Assembly (NCBI GenBank): GCA_963794325.1
Contig: CAWCDG010000004.1
Coordinates: 1,152,001 to 1,216,000, forward strand
DNA length: 64,000 nt
Direction: 5' to 3'
Source of the DNA: an uncultured delta proteobacterium
GTDB lineage: Bacteria; Desulfobacterota; Binatia; Binatales; Binataceae
Part shown: positions 62,522 to 64,000 of the stretch, in pieces
How the letters are laid out: every line of letters begins with the position of its first letter
How positions within the stretch are numbered: position 1 is the stretch's first letter
Position numbers and translations under genes: made by a program
Notes under the pieces: model-generated
Database searches by the model: none
What the model saw: the letters and a program-made list of their open reading frames with translations, nothing else
What the model was told of the DNA's origin: nothing

Positions 62522-63488
62522 ATGCTCGCAGCTATATCCAGCGATCGAACCTTACGCGCACGGGATGCTCGAGGTCGGTGAAGGCAACCTCGTGTATTGG
62601 GAGATCTGCGGAAATCCACGCGGCAAGGCGGCCGTCGTGCTGCATGGCGGTCCTGGATCGGGATGCATTCCGTGGCATCGAAGGCTGTTCGATCCGGGAG
62701 CGTATCGCATCGTGCTCTTCGATCAGCGCAACTGCGGACGAAGCACGCCGCACGCGAGCGCGCCCGACACAGACCTCGCGAGCAACAACACCGCGAACCT
62801 CATCGCGGACATTGAGCGATTGCGCGAGCATCTTGGCATCGAGCGATGGATGGTGCTCGGCGGATCGTGGGGCAGCACGCTCGCGCTCGCTTATGCCGAA
62901 CGTTATCCGAATCGCGTTTCTGAAATAATTTTGTTTGGCGTGACCACTGGACGCCGCAAAGAATTTGATTGGACGTTTCGCGGAGGATTAGCTGACCTGT
63001 TCCCCGAGCAATGGAATCGTCTGCGCGATGCGGTTCCTGTAGCGCTAAGAGACGACGATATCATCGACGCGTACTGCCGCCTGCTGAACGATCCCGACGC
63101 ATCTATTCGCGAACAAGCCGCGCTGGCGTGGTGCACGTGGGAGTCCGCGACGCCTGCATGGCCGCCTGTGCCGGAGCTGTCGCCGCGCTTCAGAGATCCC
63201 GCTTTCAGGATGGCGTTCGCGCGCATCGTGACGCACTACGTTCGGCACAATGCCTGGCTCGAGGACAACCGCCTGCTGCGCGACGCGCCGGCGATCGCCG
63301 ACATTCCCGGCATCATGGTAAAAGGACGCTTCGATCTGCAGGCGCCAATCGGTTGGGCCTATGACCTCAAGCGCGTCTGGCCGCGCGCTAAGCTGGTGAT
63401 CGTCGACAACGCCGGCCACGACGCCTCGAACGCGGGCATCACCGACGAGCTGATCCGCGCGACAGATCAATTCGCGCACAACGCTTAG
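62522..63488 (+). CDS. pip: Proline iminopeptidase (start disrupted by an apparent 1-nt insertion)
   Basis: LYPAIEPY, HGGPGSG, DQRNCGRS, GGSWGS, AGH; ATG 62522 is one base out of frame with SQLYP; the only in-frame ATG is 62565. Confidence 0.88.
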
Positions 63489-64000
63489 AACAGCGAGCCG
63501 TGGCCGTCTCTGGACAATACTTAATCTCCGCGATTGCGATCGTCGCTCAGCCTTATGCGATGATCGCCTACGAAATTGCGCGCCGACGGCGCGGCTATTC
63601 TCAGTTCCAACGCTCCACTGCGGAGACGATCCTGGCTGGCACTGTGCTCGCGGGCATCGCCCCGTCATATACGCGGCTTTCCTAACCGCCTCTTTGGGCG
63701 AACCGTTGCTTCTAGCCGTTTGCATCGGTTTTGCCGTGTTCGATCTGTTGGCCGCCGTCTTCATACTCGGCCTGACGCCAGTCGCCTTCGTTGCCCCAAC
63801 TGTTCTCACTCTGTGAGCAGCAATCAATGTTCTTTTCGCTCTCCGTGTTGGTAATCCCCTTTTCATTTTGCCGTCCATTGCGTTTTCAGTTCTTGCTTTA
63901 AGATCGATCGTACGGACCTTAAGGCGTGGCGGAGAGACGAAAGCGACCTGAGCTGCATCGGACGCGGAGATCTTGCAGCAATTGGTCTGCGCAACCGACC

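Noticed and set aside
63500-63900. Basic K/R/A/T-rich minus-strand ORF start, or a hydrophobic plus-strand frame
   Set aside because: The two are antisense shadows of each other, with no clear RBS, and the minus ORF overlaps pip by over 400 nt; neither can be supported

Overview
GC-rich bacterial chromosomal segment. The gene content (several LLM/F420-type oxidoreductases, a bactofilin-atpF'F-HAGDC block without atpB/atpE, selB-selD, AddAB) suggests a Deltaproteobacteria-like lineage such as Binatia; this is inference, not a search result. About 58 protein-coding loci: housekeeping genes (cold-shock protein, selD, selB, addAB, rpsU, miaB, ATP synthase, aroA), many redox/catabolic enzymes, transporters and regulators. 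There is one damaged IS481 and one low-GC DUF3644/HEPN-like gene. No rRNA, tRNA or CRISPR array was seen. Signals the ORF track misses: (1) two in-frame UGA selenocysteine genes with downstream SECIS-like hairpins (selD and a 365-aa WASW-U-GC redoxin); (2) a dense, modular family of intergenic palindromic repeats whose core hairpin occurs 9 times with compensatory base changes, builds ~290-350-bp inverted-terminal composites, and sits at gene ends (once supplying the stop codon); (3) strand-asymmetric, C/A-rich-left and G/T-rich-right compositional halos around variable sites; (4) a Cys-less PTPS-III-type enzyme; (5) three apparent single-base frameshifts that may be assembly errors. All calls come from reading motifs by eye; no database searches were run.
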